NCBI GenBank assembly: GCA_026706895.1
Contig: JAPOXW010000020.1
Coordinates: 57,329 to 121,328 of the forward strand
Direction of reading: 5' to 3'
From: Gammaproteobacteria bacterium
GTDB lineage: Bacteria; Pseudomonadota; Gammaproteobacteria; Poriferisulfidales; Poriferisulfidaceae
DNA length: 64,000 bases
The notes beneath the pieces were generated by a model that was not told the origin of the DNA, did no database searches, and was given only the letters and a program-made list of their open reading frames with translations. This document shows, piece by piece, positions 23,540-33,866 of the stretch. Both the position numbers and the translations under genes were made by a program. Position 1 is the first letter of the stretch. Each line of letters starts with the position of its first letter.

Positions 23540-23714
23540 GACCGTAAGCCCTTGCCATGTATAATGCGCGCTCGCAGGCTCGCCTGCGAAAATTCGCGTC
23601 CGAACCGACACGAGCGGTGGGTGCCCCCAGGGTTGCTGCGAGGGGTTCGGGCAAGTTGACAACCCGCAAGGCTTCGGAACTTGACAGCCCGGAGCCGCCA
23701 TCAGGAGGGCCGCA

Positions 23715-24722
23715 ATGCCGTGTGCCACCTTGCGTGAGATGCTGGAAGCCGGTGTCCATTTCGGACATCAGACCCGGTACTGGAACCCCAGCATGGCGCC
23801 GTACATCTTCGGCGAGCGCAACAAAATCCATATCATCAATCTCGAAATCACCCAGCGTATGCTGGACGAGGCCGCCGAGCAGGTGCGCCAGTGGGCTGCC
23901 GAAGGCAAGACGATCCTGATCGTCGGTACCAAGCGGGCGGCTCAAGACATCGTCAAGTCCAAGGCCGAGGAGTGCGGGATGCCGTACGTCTCGCAGCGCT
24001 GGCTGGGCGGGACGCTGACCAACTTCCACACCGTGCGCAATTCCATCAAGCGCCTGCAGGATCTCAAACGCATGGAGGGCGAGAACCTGATGGCGCGCAT
24101 CAGCAAGAAGGAAGCGTTGCGCCTGACCCGCGAAAAGCTCAAGCTGGAGCGCAGCCTGGGCGGCATCGAGGACATGGAGCGGTTGCCGGACGCCCTGTTC
24201 GTGATTGATGTCCGCTACGAGAACATCGCGGTGCGCGAGGCTCGCCGCCTGAACATCCCGGTGGTTGCGGTGGTCGACAGCAACAGTTCGATTGAAGGCA
24301 TCGACCGGATCATCCCGGGCAACGACGACGCGATCCGCTCGATCCGGCTCTACATGGGCGTGATCAGCAATGCGATCCAGGAAGGGAGCAAGCAAGCGGA
24401 GGAAGAAGGGGTCGCGGTGGAAGCGCCCGCTCCCCGGGAGCCTGCCGTGAAGCGCAAGGGCCGGCGGACCAAGTTGCGCGTCGAGGCGAAGGAAGACTCG
24501 CAACCGGAGGAGGCCACCGACGAGGCGGCGCCTGAACCCGAAGCCGCGGCGGTGGAGGATTCGGGGGATTCCACTGAGCCGGCTGAAGAAGACACCCAGG
24601 CCGAAGCGGCCGGGAATGGAACCGAAGCCGAGGCTGCTGCGGTGAAGGAGCCAGCCGAAGCTCCAGCGGCAGCCGAGGCCGAGGCCGAGGCCGAACCTGA
24701 AGCCGAGACGGCTGCCAAGTAA
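23715..24722 (+). CDS. rpsB: 30S ribosomal protein S2 with a ~95-aa acidic Ala/Glu/Pro-rich C-terminal extension
   Basis: [17 protein letters not shown]2 signature; core ends near aa 240, then [11 protein letters not shown]...[16 protein letters not shown] low-complexity tail. Confidence 0.95.
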   Translation: MPCATLREMLEAGVHFGHQTRYWNPSMAPYIFGERNKIHIINLEITQRMLDEAAEQVRQWAAEGKTILIVGTKRAAQDIVKSKAEECGMPYVSQRWLGGTLTNFHTVRNSIKRLQDLKRMEGENLMARISKKEALRLTREKLKLERSLGGIEDMERLPDALFVIDVRYENIAVREARRLNIPVVAVVDSNSSIEGIDRIIPGNDDAIRSIRLYMGVISNAIQEGSKQAEEEGVAVEAPAPREPAVKRKGRRTKLRVEAKEDSQPEEATDEAAPEPEAAAVEDSGDSTEPAEEDTQAEAAGNGTEAEAAAVKEPAEAPAAAEAEAEAEPEAETAAK

Positions 24723-24746
24723 GCGGATGGAACCGAGGAATCATTC

Positions 24747-25622
24747 ATGGAGATTACGGCACAACTCGTCAAGGAACTGCGCACCCGGACCGGGGTGGGC
24801 ATGATGGAATGTAAGCGCGCGCTCAGCGAGTGCGATGGCGACATCGACGCCGCCATCCAGCACCTGCGCACGTCCGGGCAGATGAAGGCGGACAAGAAGT
24901 CCGCTCGCACGGCGGCAGAAGGCTCGCTGGCCCTTGCAAAGTCGGGAGACGGCGCCCGGGCACTGCTCTTGGAGCTGAACAGCGAGACGGATTTCGTTGC
25001 CAAGGACGAGGGTTTCCTGGCGTTCGCCCAGACCTGCGCCGAGGCCGCGCTGTCGTCGGGGACCGACGATGTCGGGGCCCTGATGAACCAGACCGTCGAC
25101 GGCGGCACGCTCGAGGAGACGCGCCGGGAACTGGTGGCTCGCCTGGGCGAGAACATCCAGGCCCGCCGCCTGCAGGGCCTTGATGCCGACGGTGCCTCGA
25201 TCGCCTGCTATCTGCATGGGCGGCGAATCGGTGTGCTGGTGGCGTTCGATGGCGAGCCCGAACTGGGCCGCGACCTGGCCATGCATATCGCGGCGTCCCG
25301 CCCGGTGTGCGTGAACGAAGACGAAGTCCCGGAAGACCTTCTGGAGAAGGAACGCGAGGTGTTGACCGCGCAAGCGCAGGAATCCGGCAAGCCGCCGGAG
25401 ATCATCGAGAAGATGATTGCCGGCCGTCTGCGCAAGTACCTGTCCGAGATCACGCTGCTGGGCCAGCCTTTCGTCAAGGATCCGGACGTCACGGTCGGCA
25501 AGTTGCTCCAGTCGAAGAATGCTTCGGTCCGGGCGTTTACGCGCCTGGAAGTCGGCGAGGGGATCGAGAAGAAGCAGGAAAACTTCGCCGAGGAAGTTCG
25601 AGCCCAGGCCGAGAAACACTGA
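24747..25622 (+). CDS. tsf: elongation factor Ts
   Basis: [27 protein letters not shown]-like N-terminus; 291 aa. Confidence 0.95.
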   Translation: MEITAQLVKELRTRTGVGMMECKRALSECDGDIDAAIQHLRTSGQMKADKKSARTAAEGSLALAKSGDGARALLLELNSETDFVAKDEGFLAFAQTCAEAALSSGTDDVGALMNQTVDGGTLEETRRELVARLGENIQARRLQGLDADGASIACYLHGRRIGVLVAFDGEPELGRDLAMHIAASRPVCVNEDEVPEDLLEKEREVLTAQAQESGKPPEIIEKMIAGRLRKYLSEITLLGQPFVKDPDVTVGKLLQSKNASVRAFTRLEVGEGIEKKQENFAEEVRAQAEKH

Positions 25623-25635
25623 CTCCGACACCGCC

Positions 25636-26364
25636 ATGTCTGCCGCATACCGCCGCATCCTGCTGAAGCTGAGCGGTGAGGCGTTGATGGGGCCCAATCG
25701 CCACGGGATCGAGCCGGACACGGTACGCCAGTTGGCCTCCGCACTGGCCGGGGCGCAGGCGCAGGGCGCACAGATCGCGGTAGTGGTGGGCGGTGGCAAC
25801 ATCGTGCGGGGCGAAGGCTTGGAAGCGGCCGGAATCGACCGAGTCACCGGTGACCAAATGGGCATGCTGGCCACCTTGATCAACGCATTGGCCCTCCAGG
25901 AATCAGTGGAACAGAATCAGGTCCCCTGCCGGGTGATGTCCGCCATCCCGGTGCCGCAGGTGTGCGAGAGCTACATCCGGCGCCGCGCCGTACGCCACCT
26001 TGAGAAAGGCCGTCTGGTGGTATTCGCCACCGGAACCGGCAACCCGTTCTTCACGACCGATTCCGCGGCCAGCCTGCGCGCGGTGGAAATCGGTGCCGAT
26101 ATCCTGCTCAAGGCGACCAAGGTGGACGGGGTGTATTCCAGCGATCCCCTGACCGACAAGGACGCGCAGCGTTTCGACGTTATCGACTACGACGAGGCCC
26201 TGCACCGCAAGCTGGGCGTCATGGATTCGACCGCGCTGGTGTTGTGCCGGGACAACCGGATCCCGATCCGGGTGTTCGACATGTTCGAGGAAGGGGCCCT
26301 GTTGCGGTTGCTGGCTGGTGAGCCGGTCGGGACCCTGGTGCACGCGGAGGGCGCCCATGCGTGA
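25636..26364 (+). CDS. pyrH: UMP kinase
   Basis: [23 protein letters not shown]; 242 aa. Confidence 0.95.
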   Translation: MSAAYRRILLKLSGEALMGPNRHGIEPDTVRQLASALAGAQAQGAQIAVVVGGGNIVRGEGLEAAGIDRVTGDQMGMLATLINALALQESVEQNQVPCRVMSAIPVPQVCESYIRRRAVRHLEKGRLVVFATGTGNPFFTTDSAASLRAVEIGADILLKATKVDGVYSSDPLTDKDAQRFDVIDYDEALHRKLGVMDSTALVLCRDNRIPIRVFDMFEEGALLRLLAGEPVGTLVHAEGAHA

Positions 26365-26914
26365 GGAAATCCTGGCCGATGCCCGCGAGCGCATGCAAAA
26401 AAGCCTCAGCGTTCTGGGCGAGGCACTGACACGCATTCGTACCGGCCGCGCCCATCCAAGCCTGCTGGACCCGGTGAAGGTGGAATATTACGGGGCCGAG
26501 GTGCCGATCACCCAAGTCGGCAGCGTGACGGTCGAAGAAGGGCGCACGCTGGTGGTGCAGGTGTGGGAAAAGAACATGGTGGAAGCGGTCGAGAAGGCTT
26601 TGCTGAACTCCGACCTGGGAATCACGCCGAACAGCGCAGGGCAGGTAATACGCCTGCCGATGCCCCCGCTCACCGAGGAGCGCCGCCAGGTACAGGTGCG
26701 GCAGGTCCGGGAGATCCTGGAGGAGGCGCGCGTCTCGATTCGCAATGTCCGGCGCGACGCCAACCACATGCTCAAGGACCTGTTGAAGGAGAAGGAGATT
26801 AGTGAGGACGAGGAGCGCCGCGACCAGGAAGCGGTGCAGAAGCTGACCGACGACTCCATCCACAAGGCGGAGCAGATGGCGTCGGAAAAGGAAAAAGCTC
26901 TGCTGGAAATCTGA
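26357..26914 (+). CDS. frr: ribosome recycling factor
   Basis: 185 aa; ...[14 protein letters not shown]...; ATG overlaps pyrH stop. Confidence 0.95.
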   Translation: MREEILADARERMQKSLSVLGEALTRIRTGRAHPSLLDPVKVEYYGAEVPITQVGSVTVEEGRTLVVQVWEKNMVEAVEKALLNSDLGITPNSAGQVIRLPMPPLTEERRQVQVRQVREILEEARVSIRNVRRDANHMLKDLLKEKEISEDEERRDQEAVQKLTDDSIHKAEQMASEKEKALLEI

Positions 26915-26930
26915 GGATTTCGGGAGAGCG

Positions 26931-27641
26931 GTGCGCGAATTCACCCTGCCGCGGTCCGAGCTTCCGGCCCATGTCGCGCTGATTCCGGACGGCAACCGCC
27001 GCTGGGCGCGCCAGCGCGGAAAACCCCACGAGGACGGCTATCGCGCCGGCATCAAGGCGACCCGCGCCCTGGTCGAGCATGCTGCCCGGCGCGGGATTTC
27101 AACCCTGACCCTGTTCGCGTTCAGCAGCGAGAACCGCAGGAGGCCAAAGCCGCAGGTGGAGCTGCTGATGAGGTTGCTGGTCGAAACGCTGGACGAACAG
27201 GCTCGCGAATTCATGGAGCAGGGCGTTCGGTTGCACTTCATCGGCGAACTGGATCGGCTGTCCACCAAGATTCGGTCGCGGATCCGGCAGATCGAGGCGC
27301 AGGCTCCGGACAAACCAAACCTGGTGATGTACGTGGCGCTGCATTACAGCGGCCGCCAGGACCTGTTGGCCGCATTCGAGCACTGCCGGAAGGCGAATCT
27401 GGATACCATCAGCGAAGCGGAAGTGTCGAGGGCGCTCGGCACCGGGGAATTGCCGGATCCGGACCTGCTGATCCGCACCGGCGGCGAATTTCGATTGAGC
27501 AATTTCCTGCTGTGGCAGATGGCCTACACGGAGCTGTATTTCACCGACTGCCTGTGGCCTGATTTCGACGAGGCGGCGTTCGACCGGGCGCTGGAGTGGT
27601 TTGCCGAACGGGATCGGCGTTTCGGGGGCAGTGCCGGGTGA
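26931..27641 (+). CDS. uppS: undecaprenyl diphosphate synthase
   Basis: HVALIPDGNRRWA, cis-prenyltransferase fold. Confidence 0.9.
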   Translation: MREFTLPRSELPAHVALIPDGNRRWARQRGKPHEDGYRAGIKATRALVEHAARRGISTLTLFAFSSENRRRPKPQVELLMRLLVETLDEQAREFMEQGVRLHFIGELDRLSTKIRSRIRQIEAQAPDKPNLVMYVALHYSGRQDLLAAFEHCRKANLDTISEAEVSRALGTGELPDPDLLIRTGGEFRLSNFLLWQMAYTELYFTDCLWPDFDEAAFDRALEWFAERDRRFGGSAG

Positions 27642-28444
27642 ACGAACTTGCGAAGCGTATCGGCACGGCCGCAGTTCTGCTGCTGCTGGTGGTGGGAGCG
27701 CTGGCCCTGAACGAGACCGGCATAGGGCCTGCGCCTTGGATGCTGTTCGTTGCCGTGACGTGCGGGGTGGCGGCCTGGGAGTGGGCCAGGTTGCTGGGGT
27801 TGGAGCGCCTGGGGCAGATCGCCTACCTGACGGCCAGCGCGTTGCTGGTATCGGCCCTGATGTCGCCGGCTCTCGAAAACGCGGTTTGGCTGGCGTTCGG
27901 GCTGTGGATCATCGCACTCTTGCGCATCGCGGGCGTCCCGTTCCCGCGCACCGTCGAGACCTTGTTTTTTGGTATGCTGGGGTGGGTGGCTGTTCCGGTG
28001 GCGGGACTAATTCTGGTGGCTTTCTTGGGACCGTTTGTGTGGGCGTTTCTTGTGGTGGTAATCGTGGCAGATACGGCTGCTTACTTCGGGGGTCATCGGT
28101 ATGGGAAGACCGCGTTGGCTCCAGAGATTTCTCCGGGCAAGACCCGGGCCGGACTCGTGGGTGCCCTGCTGGCGGTAGCGGCGGTCAGTATCCCGATCGC
28201 GTGGGGCCTTGATCTTCCCTTGACGGCTTGGTTCTATTTCGCCTGTCTGGCGTTGCTCGTGGCCTGCTTCAGCGTGGTTGGCGACTTGAGCGTCAGCCTG
28301 CTCAAGCGCCGGGCAGATGTCAAGGACAGCGGCCGCTTCCTGCCTGGGCACGGGGGAGCACTGGATCGGGTCGACGGCCTGCTGGCCGCGGCACCCGTGT
28401 ATGCTTTGGGCATTCAGGCGTTGCAGGGGGTACTGTTGATATGA
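27638..28444 (+). CDS. cdsA: phosphatidate cytidylyltransferase
   Basis: GTG overlapping uppS stop; polytopic membrane protein with C-terminal CdsA signature (SLLKRRADVKDSGRFLPGHGGALDR). Confidence 0.85.
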   Translation: MNELAKRIGTAAVLLLLVVGALALNETGIGPAPWMLFVAVTCGVAAWEWARLLGLERLGQIAYLTASALLVSALMSPALENAVWLAFGLWIIALLRIAGVPFPRTVETLFFGMLGWVAVPVAGLILVAFLGPFVWAFLVVVIVADTAAYFGGHRYGKTALAPEISPGKTRAGLVGALLAVAAVSIPIAWGLDLPLTAWFYFACLALLVACFSVVGDLSVSLLKRRADVKDSGRFLPGHGGALDRVDGLLAAAPVYALGIQALQGVLLI

Positions 28445-29607
28445 CTACGATGCGGCTGACGGTGCTGGGTTCATCGGGCACGATCGGGATCAACACGCTG
28501 GATCTCGCCGCACGTCACTCCGATCACGTCGAGGTATTTGCGCTGGCTGCGAACTCGGACCATGCAACCCTCCTCGAACAATGCCGCCAGCATCGACCGC
28601 GTTATGCCGCCTTGGCCAATGCGGGTGCAGCGCAAAGCCTGCGGGATGCGCTCCGTGAGGAGCGACTCGACACCGAAGTGCTGCAGGGGGAAGACGAGTT
28701 GCGCGATCTGGCGGGCGATACGACTGCCGATTGCGTGATGGCCGGAATCGTCGGGCTGGCCGGGTTGGTGCCGACGCTGGCCGCGGTTCGGTCCGGGCGG
28801 AGAGTGCTGCTGGCGAACAAGGAATCGCTGGTGGCGGGAGGCCGGCTGTTCATGGATGAGGTGCGTCGGCACGGCTGTGAACTGGTTCCAGTCGACAGCG
28901 AACACAACGCGTTGTTCCAGTGCCTGGCGCAGACCGACCCCGAGGCCATCGAGCGTGCAACCCTGACTGCGTCGGGCGGGCCGTTCCGCGAGACTCCGCT
29001 GGAGCAACTTGACGCGGTCACCCCGGATCAGGCGTGCGCGCATCCGAACTGGAAGATGGGACGGAAGATCTCCGTGGATTCCGCGACCATGATGAACAAG
29101 GGGCTGGAGTTGATGGAAGCGCGCTGGCTGTTCGGTCTTGACGCCGACCGGGTCGACGCGGTGATTCATCCGGAATCGATCGTCCATGCCCTGCTGACCT
29201 TGCGCGATGGTTCCACGCTCGCTCACCTGGGGCCGGCCGACATGCGCGTGGCCATCAGTTACGCCCTGTTCGGCCCCCAGCGCCTGCCTTCCGGGGTCGA
29301 ATCCCTGAACTTGGTGGAATGCGCGCCATTGAACTGGTATCCGCCGCCGCCCGGGCGCTATCCCTGCCTGGAACTGGCACGCCAGGCCATGCAGATGGGT
29401 GGACCGGCGCCGATCGTGCTGAATGCGGCCAACGAGATCGCGGTTGACGGGTTCTTGAACGAACGCATCCGATTCCCGCAGATCGCGGATGTGGTGGGAC
29501 GGACGCTGGAAACGGGTCCATCCGGCGAGCCGGGCGGGATTGACGACATCATCGAGACGGATCGCGAGGCACGCGCCCAAGCCCGACAGGTCATGGAAGC
29601 ACTGTGA
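28441..29607 (+). CDS. dxr: 1-deoxy-D-xylulose 5-phosphate reductoisomerase
   Basis: LTVLGSSGTIGINTLDL NADPH motif; 388 aa. Confidence 0.95.
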   Translation: MTTMRLTVLGSSGTIGINTLDLAARHSDHVEVFALAANSDHATLLEQCRQHRPRYAALANAGAAQSLRDALREERLDTEVLQGEDELRDLAGDTTADCVMAGIVGLAGLVPTLAAVRSGRRVLLANKESLVAGGRLFMDEVRRHGCELVPVDSEHNALFQCLAQTDPEAIERATLTASGGPFRETPLEQLDAVTPDQACAHPNWKMGRKISVDSATMMNKGLELMEARWLFGLDADRVDAVIHPESIVHALLTLRDGSTLAHLGPADMRVAISYALFGPQRLPSGVESLNLVECAPLNWYPPPPGRYPCLELARQAMQMGGPAPIVLNAANEIAVDGFLNERIRFPQIADVVGRTLETGPSGEPGGIDDIIETDREARAQARQVMEAL

Positions 29608-30962
29608 GTTTCCTGATCAGCCTGGCGGCATTCCTGGCGGCCATCGCCGTACTCGTGACATTCCACGAATTCGGGCACTACTGGGTGGCGCGCCGGTGCG
29701 GCGTGAAAGTGCTCCGGTTTTCGGTCGGTTTCGGCCGCCCCCTGTATTGTCACGTCTCGCCGCACACCGGGACCGAATGGGTGATTTCCGTCCTGCCGTT
29801 CGGCGGGTACGTGAAGATGCTGGACAAGCGCGAGGCCGGGGACATCCCGGAGGAGGAGCAAGACGTCGAGTTCACCGGAAAACCGCTGTATCAGCGAGCG
29901 GCGATCATCGCCGCCGGTCCGGCGTTCAACCTGTTGCTGGCCTTCCTGCTGTATTCCCTGGTTTTCATGACGGGCGAGACCGGCCGGCGTCCGCTGGTCG
30001 GCCACGTGGCGGAGGGCTCGCCAGCTGCGGTCGCCGGCCTTCAGACCGGCGATGAAATATTGTCCGTCGGCGGCCAGCCGATCCGCACCTGGCAGGCTTT
30101 CATCGTGCCGCTCTTGGATTCCGGGCTTGGCGACGGCGTCATCGCCATGGAGGTGCTCCGCGAGGATGGCGACGTGGCGTACCCGGTCATCGACGTGGGA
30201 CCGGGGCTGCTGAAGAACGAGAATGTATTCGGTGCACTCGGCTTGCACCCGCTGCGCTCGACGTCCATGCCCGTGGTCGGCACCGTTTTGGAGGGTGCGC
30301 CGGCCGAGGCGGCCGGTTTGCGCGAAGGCGATCGCATCGTGCGTCTCGACGAGTCTTCAGTGGCAACCTGGGAGGGGATGTCGGGGTATATCCGTGCGCG
30401 GCCGGGCCAGACCGTGACGGTCGAACTCGAGCGGGACGGGCAGCGCATGCGGCAGGAGATTCGCGTCGAGGCGATTGATGTTTCCGGTACGCTGGTCGGT
30501 CGAATCGGCGTGACGCCGTACCGGAATCCGGAACTGGCGGAACACCTGAGCGTCGTCGTGCGCCACCCGGTCGGGGAAAGCCTGATACTGGGCGCGGAGC
30601 GGACCTGGGACTTCAGTGTCTTGACCGTCCGCTTGATCGGGCAGCTGATCGTCGGCGGCGCGTCGGTCAAGAACATCAGCGGCCCGGTCGGCATCGCCGA
30701 ATTCGCCGGGACATCGGCCATGATCGGATTCGCGGCATTCGTGTCCATGCTGGCCCTGCTCAGCGTCAGCCTGGGAATTCTCAATCTCCTTCCGATCCCC
30801 ATCCTGGATGGTGGGCACCTGCTGTACTGTCTGGCTGAGGCCCTAACCGGTCGACCGGTGTCGCCGGCAGTCGAAGCTGTGGGTCAACGTTTGGGCGTGG
30901 CCATGCTGGCGGCACTGATGGGGCTTGCCCTTTACAATGACCTTGCCCGATTGCTGGGATAG
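29604..30962 (+). CDS. rseP: RIP zinc metalloprotease RseP
   Basis: HEFGHYWVA HExxH, PDZ domains, LDG motif (ILNLLPIPILDGGHLL). Confidence 0.9.
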   Translation: MSFLISLAAFLAAIAVLVTFHEFGHYWVARRCGVKVLRFSVGFGRPLYCHVSPHTGTEWVISVLPFGGYVKMLDKREAGDIPEEEQDVEFTGKPLYQRAAIIAAGPAFNLLLAFLLYSLVFMTGETGRRPLVGHVAEGSPAAVAGLQTGDEILSVGGQPIRTWQAFIVPLLDSGLGDGVIAMEVLREDGDVAYPVIDVGPGLLKNENVFGALGLHPLRSTSMPVVGTVLEGAPAEAAGLREGDRIVRLDESSVATWEGMSGYIRARPGQTVTVELERDGQRMRQEIRVEAIDVSGTLVGRIGVTPYRNPELAEHLSVVVRHPVGESLILGAERTWDFSVLTVRLIGQLIVGGASVKNISGPVGIAEFAGTSAMIGFAAFVSMLALLSVSLGILNLLPIPILDGGHLLYCLAEALTGRPVSPAVEAVGQRLGVAMLAALMGLALYNDLARLLG

Positions 30963-30965
30963 CCC

Positions 30966-33305
30966 ATGTTTCGCTCGAGATTCGGTCCGATTCTGCTCGT
31001 TCTTGCCCTAATGCTGGTGGTGCCGCGCGCATTTGCATTCATCGTGGAGGATATCGAGTTGCAGGGCCTGCAGCGCCTGGAGGCCGCGACCGTGTTCACC
31101 TATCTCCCGGTGGAGGTGGGCGAGGATTTCGACGTGTCCCGGACCAGCGAGGTGGTGCGAGCACTGTTCAAGTCCCAGCTGTTCAGCGACGTGGAGGTGT
31201 CGCGCCGCGGCAACGTGCTGGTCGTCAGGGTGGTGGAACGCCCGGCCATCACTGAAATTGCCTTCGAGGGCCTCGAGGTTATCAAGGACGAAACCCTGGA
31301 GGAGGTGCTGGAGGACGCCGGCATCGCGACCGGACGGATCTTCAACCAGCCGTTGCTGGACCGCCTCAACAACGAGATTCTGCAGCAGTACCACGCGATC
31401 GGCTTCTACAACGCGGAAGTTGCGGTCAGCGTCCACGACATGGGCGAGAACCGGGTGGCGGTCCATATCAACGTGGTGGAGGGCGAGCCGGCGACCATCC
31501 GGCAGGTGCACGTGGTCGGCAATGTCTCGTATACCGAGGAACGGCTGCTGGAACTGTTCGAATCCTCCGAGCCGGCCTGGTACGACATCATGGGCAACAC
31601 CGGCAAGTACTCGAAATTGCAGTTGTCGGGTGACCTGGAGCGGTTGCGTTCGTTCTACTTGAACCGGGGATTCCTGAAGTTCCGGGTGGATTCGGCGCAG
31701 ATTTCGCTGAGCCCGGATCGCGAGGGCATCTACATCACGGTCCACATCAACGAGGGCCGACGTTTCGTGGTGCGCGAGGTCTCCCTTTCCGGCATCTTCA
31801 TCGTGCCGCAGGCAGAACTGACCTCGTTGCTGACCATTCAGGCGGGCGAATATTTCTCCAGTGCGCGGGCACAGAGTTCCAGCAGCCGGCTGACCGCCCG
31901 GCTTGGCGAAGAAGGTTATTCCTTCGCCAAGGTCAACCCGGTCACCAATCTCGATGAGGAAGCGGGCGAGGTGACGGTCAACTTCTTCATTGATCCGGGT
32001 CAGCGAGTGTACGTGCGTCGTATCGACATCGTGGGCAACTACACGACCCAGGACGAGGTGCTGCGCCGGGAGTTGCGGCAGATGGAGGGAGCCTGGCTGT
32101 CGTCTCCGAACCTGGAACGCTCGCGCCGGCGTTTGCAGCGACTTCCGTATATCGACACCGTGGAGATTGCGCAAACCCGGGTCCCGGGCACCAACGACCA
32201 GGTCGACCTCATCATCACCGTCACCGAGCGGCTGGCCGGCAACTTCACGGCCGGCGCGGGGTTCAGCAGCGGAAGCGGCCTGTCGCTGGCGGCCGGCGTG
32301 GAGCAGGAGAACTTCTTCGGTACCGGCAACCGGGTCGGCATCCACTTCGACAACAGCGAGACCTCCACCCGGTATTCCTTCGACTTCTACAACCCGTACT
32401 ACACCATCAACGGCGTCAGCCGCAGCTTCGGCTTCAGCACGCGAAAGGTGGATACGTCGGGTGCCGACCAGCAGACCCAGTACGAGTCACGCGACTTCGC
32501 CGGCTATCTGAGCTACGGGATCCCGATCGCCGACGACAGCACTTTCACCTTCGCCGCCCGCTTCCAGAGGATTAATTTCGATGTGGGCAGGAGTTCGTCC
32601 TTCCTGGTGCTGGACTTCCTCGCGAATAACGACGGGGACTGCCTGTATACCGGGGTGATTGCGGACACGCAAGCGAACCTGTGGCACTGCGAGGCCACGT
32701 ACTACAACCTGTCGCTGATCGGCTCCTTTGCCTACGACACCCGCGACCGCAGCCTGTTTACGCGCGAGGGTTCGCTGCGCCAGGTATCCGCCCGGGCGAC
32801 GATGCCCGGCAGCGGCCTGGAGTACTACGTCCTGTCCTATGTCCAGGAGGAATACCTGAAACTGACCGAGGACCTGACGTTCGCGCTCAAGGGCGAGGCC
32901 GCCTATGGGGACGGCTACAGGGACACCGACGATCTGCCGTTCTCGCAGAAGTTCGTGATCGGCGGGCCGAGGAGCGTGCGCGGCTTTGAAATCAACACGC
33001 TGGCTCCCCGCGATGAATTCGACAAGCCATACGGCGGCAACCTGAAGTTGGGCTACTCGCTCGAACTGTCGTTTCCTCTCCCGTTCATCGACGAGGCCAA
33101 CCTGCGCGGGGCCATGTTCCTGGATTCGGGCTACGTATTCGAAGAGGCAGAGGATTTCGATTTCCAGGAGATGCGCGCTTCACTTGGCATCGGCATATCC
33201 TGGCTGTCGCCACTCGGGGGGGTGTCGATGAGCCTGTCTCTGCCGATTAACGATCACGAAACAGACAAGACGGAGTCGTACCAGTTCAATCTGGGGTCGC
33301 TCTAG
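30966..33305 (+). CDS. bamA: outer membrane protein assembly factor BamA
   Basis: 779 aa; signal peptide, five POTRA repeats and a C-terminal Omp85 beta-barrel ending ...SLSLPINDHETDKTESYQFNLGSL. Confidence 0.9.
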   Translation: MFRSRFGPILLVLALMLVVPRAFAFIVEDIELQGLQRLEAATVFTYLPVEVGEDFDVSRTSEVVRALFKSQLFSDVEVSRRGNVLVVRVVERPAITEIAFEGLEVIKDETLEEVLEDAGIATGRIFNQPLLDRLNNEILQQYHAIGFYNAEVAVSVHDMGENRVAVHINVVEGEPATIRQVHVVGNVSYTEERLLELFESSEPAWYDIMGNTGKYSKLQLSGDLERLRSFYLNRGFLKFRVDSAQISLSPDREGIYITVHINEGRRFVVREVSLSGIFIVPQAELTSLLTIQAGEYFSSARAQSSSSRLTARLGEEGYSFAKVNPVTNLDEEAGEVTVNFFIDPGQRVYVRRIDIVGNYTTQDEVLRRELRQMEGAWLSSPNLERSRRRLQRLPYIDTVEIAQTRVPGTNDQVDLIITVTERLAGNFTAGAGFSSGSGLSLAAGVEQENFFGTGNRVGIHFDNSETSTRYSFDFYNPYYTINGVSRSFGFSTRKVDTSGADQQTQYESRDFAGYLSYGIPIADDSTFTFAARFQRINFDVGRSSSFLVLDFLANNDGDCLYTGVIADTQANLWHCEATYYNLSLIGSFAYDTRDRSLFTREGSLRQVSARATMPGSGLEYYVLSYVQEEYLKLTEDLTFALKGEAAYGDGYRDTDDLPFSQKFVIGGPRSVRGFEINTLAPRDEFDKPYGGNLKLGYSLELSFPLPFIDEANLRGAMFLDSGYVFEEAEDFDFQEMRASLGIGISWLSPLGGVSMSLSLPINDHETDKTESYQFNLGSL

Positions 33306-33344
33306 CAACAGTGTAAAATGAGAGGCAATAGGAGCACTCAACTG

Positions 33345-33860
33345 ATGAAGAAATCATCCATTTTCTGGTCGCATGTGGTCGGTTTGGCATTGCTTGCCAT
33401 GGGCGGAACGGCTGCCGCACAAAACGCAAAAGTCGGATTCGTGGATGTCGGGCGCCTTCTGGAGGATTCTCCGCAGGCGGTGGCGGCTCGGCAGAAACTT
33501 CAAAACGAATTCGCACCCCGCAACGACGAGCTGGAAAAACTTCACAAAGAAGTTACCGATCTGGCCCAGAAGCTGGCGAATGAGAGCGACGTGATGTCGG
33601 AAGAACAGCGGCTTGAGCAGGAGCGAGAGGTGCAGCGTCGGCGCCGCGACTTCGAGCGCAAGCGCGACGAGGTGCGCGAGGATCTGGCGATCCGCCGCAA
33701 CGAGGAACTCGGCAAGCTGCAGGAAGAGGTCAATACGGTGGTCGCCGAGATTGCGAGCGAGGAGGGCTTCGACCTGATCCTCACCCAAGCCGTGTCCCTG
33801 TACGCCAGCAAGCGCATCGACATCACGGAGCGGGTGCTCAAGAAGATGAACAATCCGTAA
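33345..33860 (+). CDS. skp: periplasmic chaperone Skp (OmpH)
   Basis: signal peptide then coiled-coil Skp/OmpH sequence (KVGFVDVGRLLEDSPQAVAARQKLQNEF...). Confidence 0.8.
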   Translation: MKKSSIFWSHVVGLALLAMGGTAAAQNAKVGFVDVGRLLEDSPQAVAARQKLQNEFAPRNDELEKLHKEVTDLAQKLANESDVMSEEQRLEQEREVQRRRRDFERKRDEVREDLAIRRNEELGKLQEEVNTVVAEIASEEGFDLILTQAVSLYASKRIDITERVLKKMNNP

Positions 33861-33866
33861 CCGGAT

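Larger units (their letters stand above)
19250..23600. other. low-GC accessory defence islet inserted at the conserved map|rpsB junction (vapBC + PstI-family R-M + Mrr)
   Basis: visibly lower GC than flanking genes; map (minus) and rpsB (plus) are adjacent and divergent in E. coli-like genomes but here are separated by ~4.4 kb of defence genes. Confidence 0.7.

Noticed and set aside
23540-23714. Shared ATGTATAAT motif at both edges of the map|rpsB islet (19329-19337 and 23564-23572) as possible att duplication
   Set aside because: It is only 9 bp, and each copy is explained as a -10 promoter element (vapB and rpsB respectively). That is insufficient to claim a target-site duplication.
24400-24722. 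Possibility that the acidic C-terminal tail of S2 is a separate small gene
   Set aside because: It is continuous and in frame with the S2 core, with no intervening stop or start signal. It was kept as an extension of rpsB.
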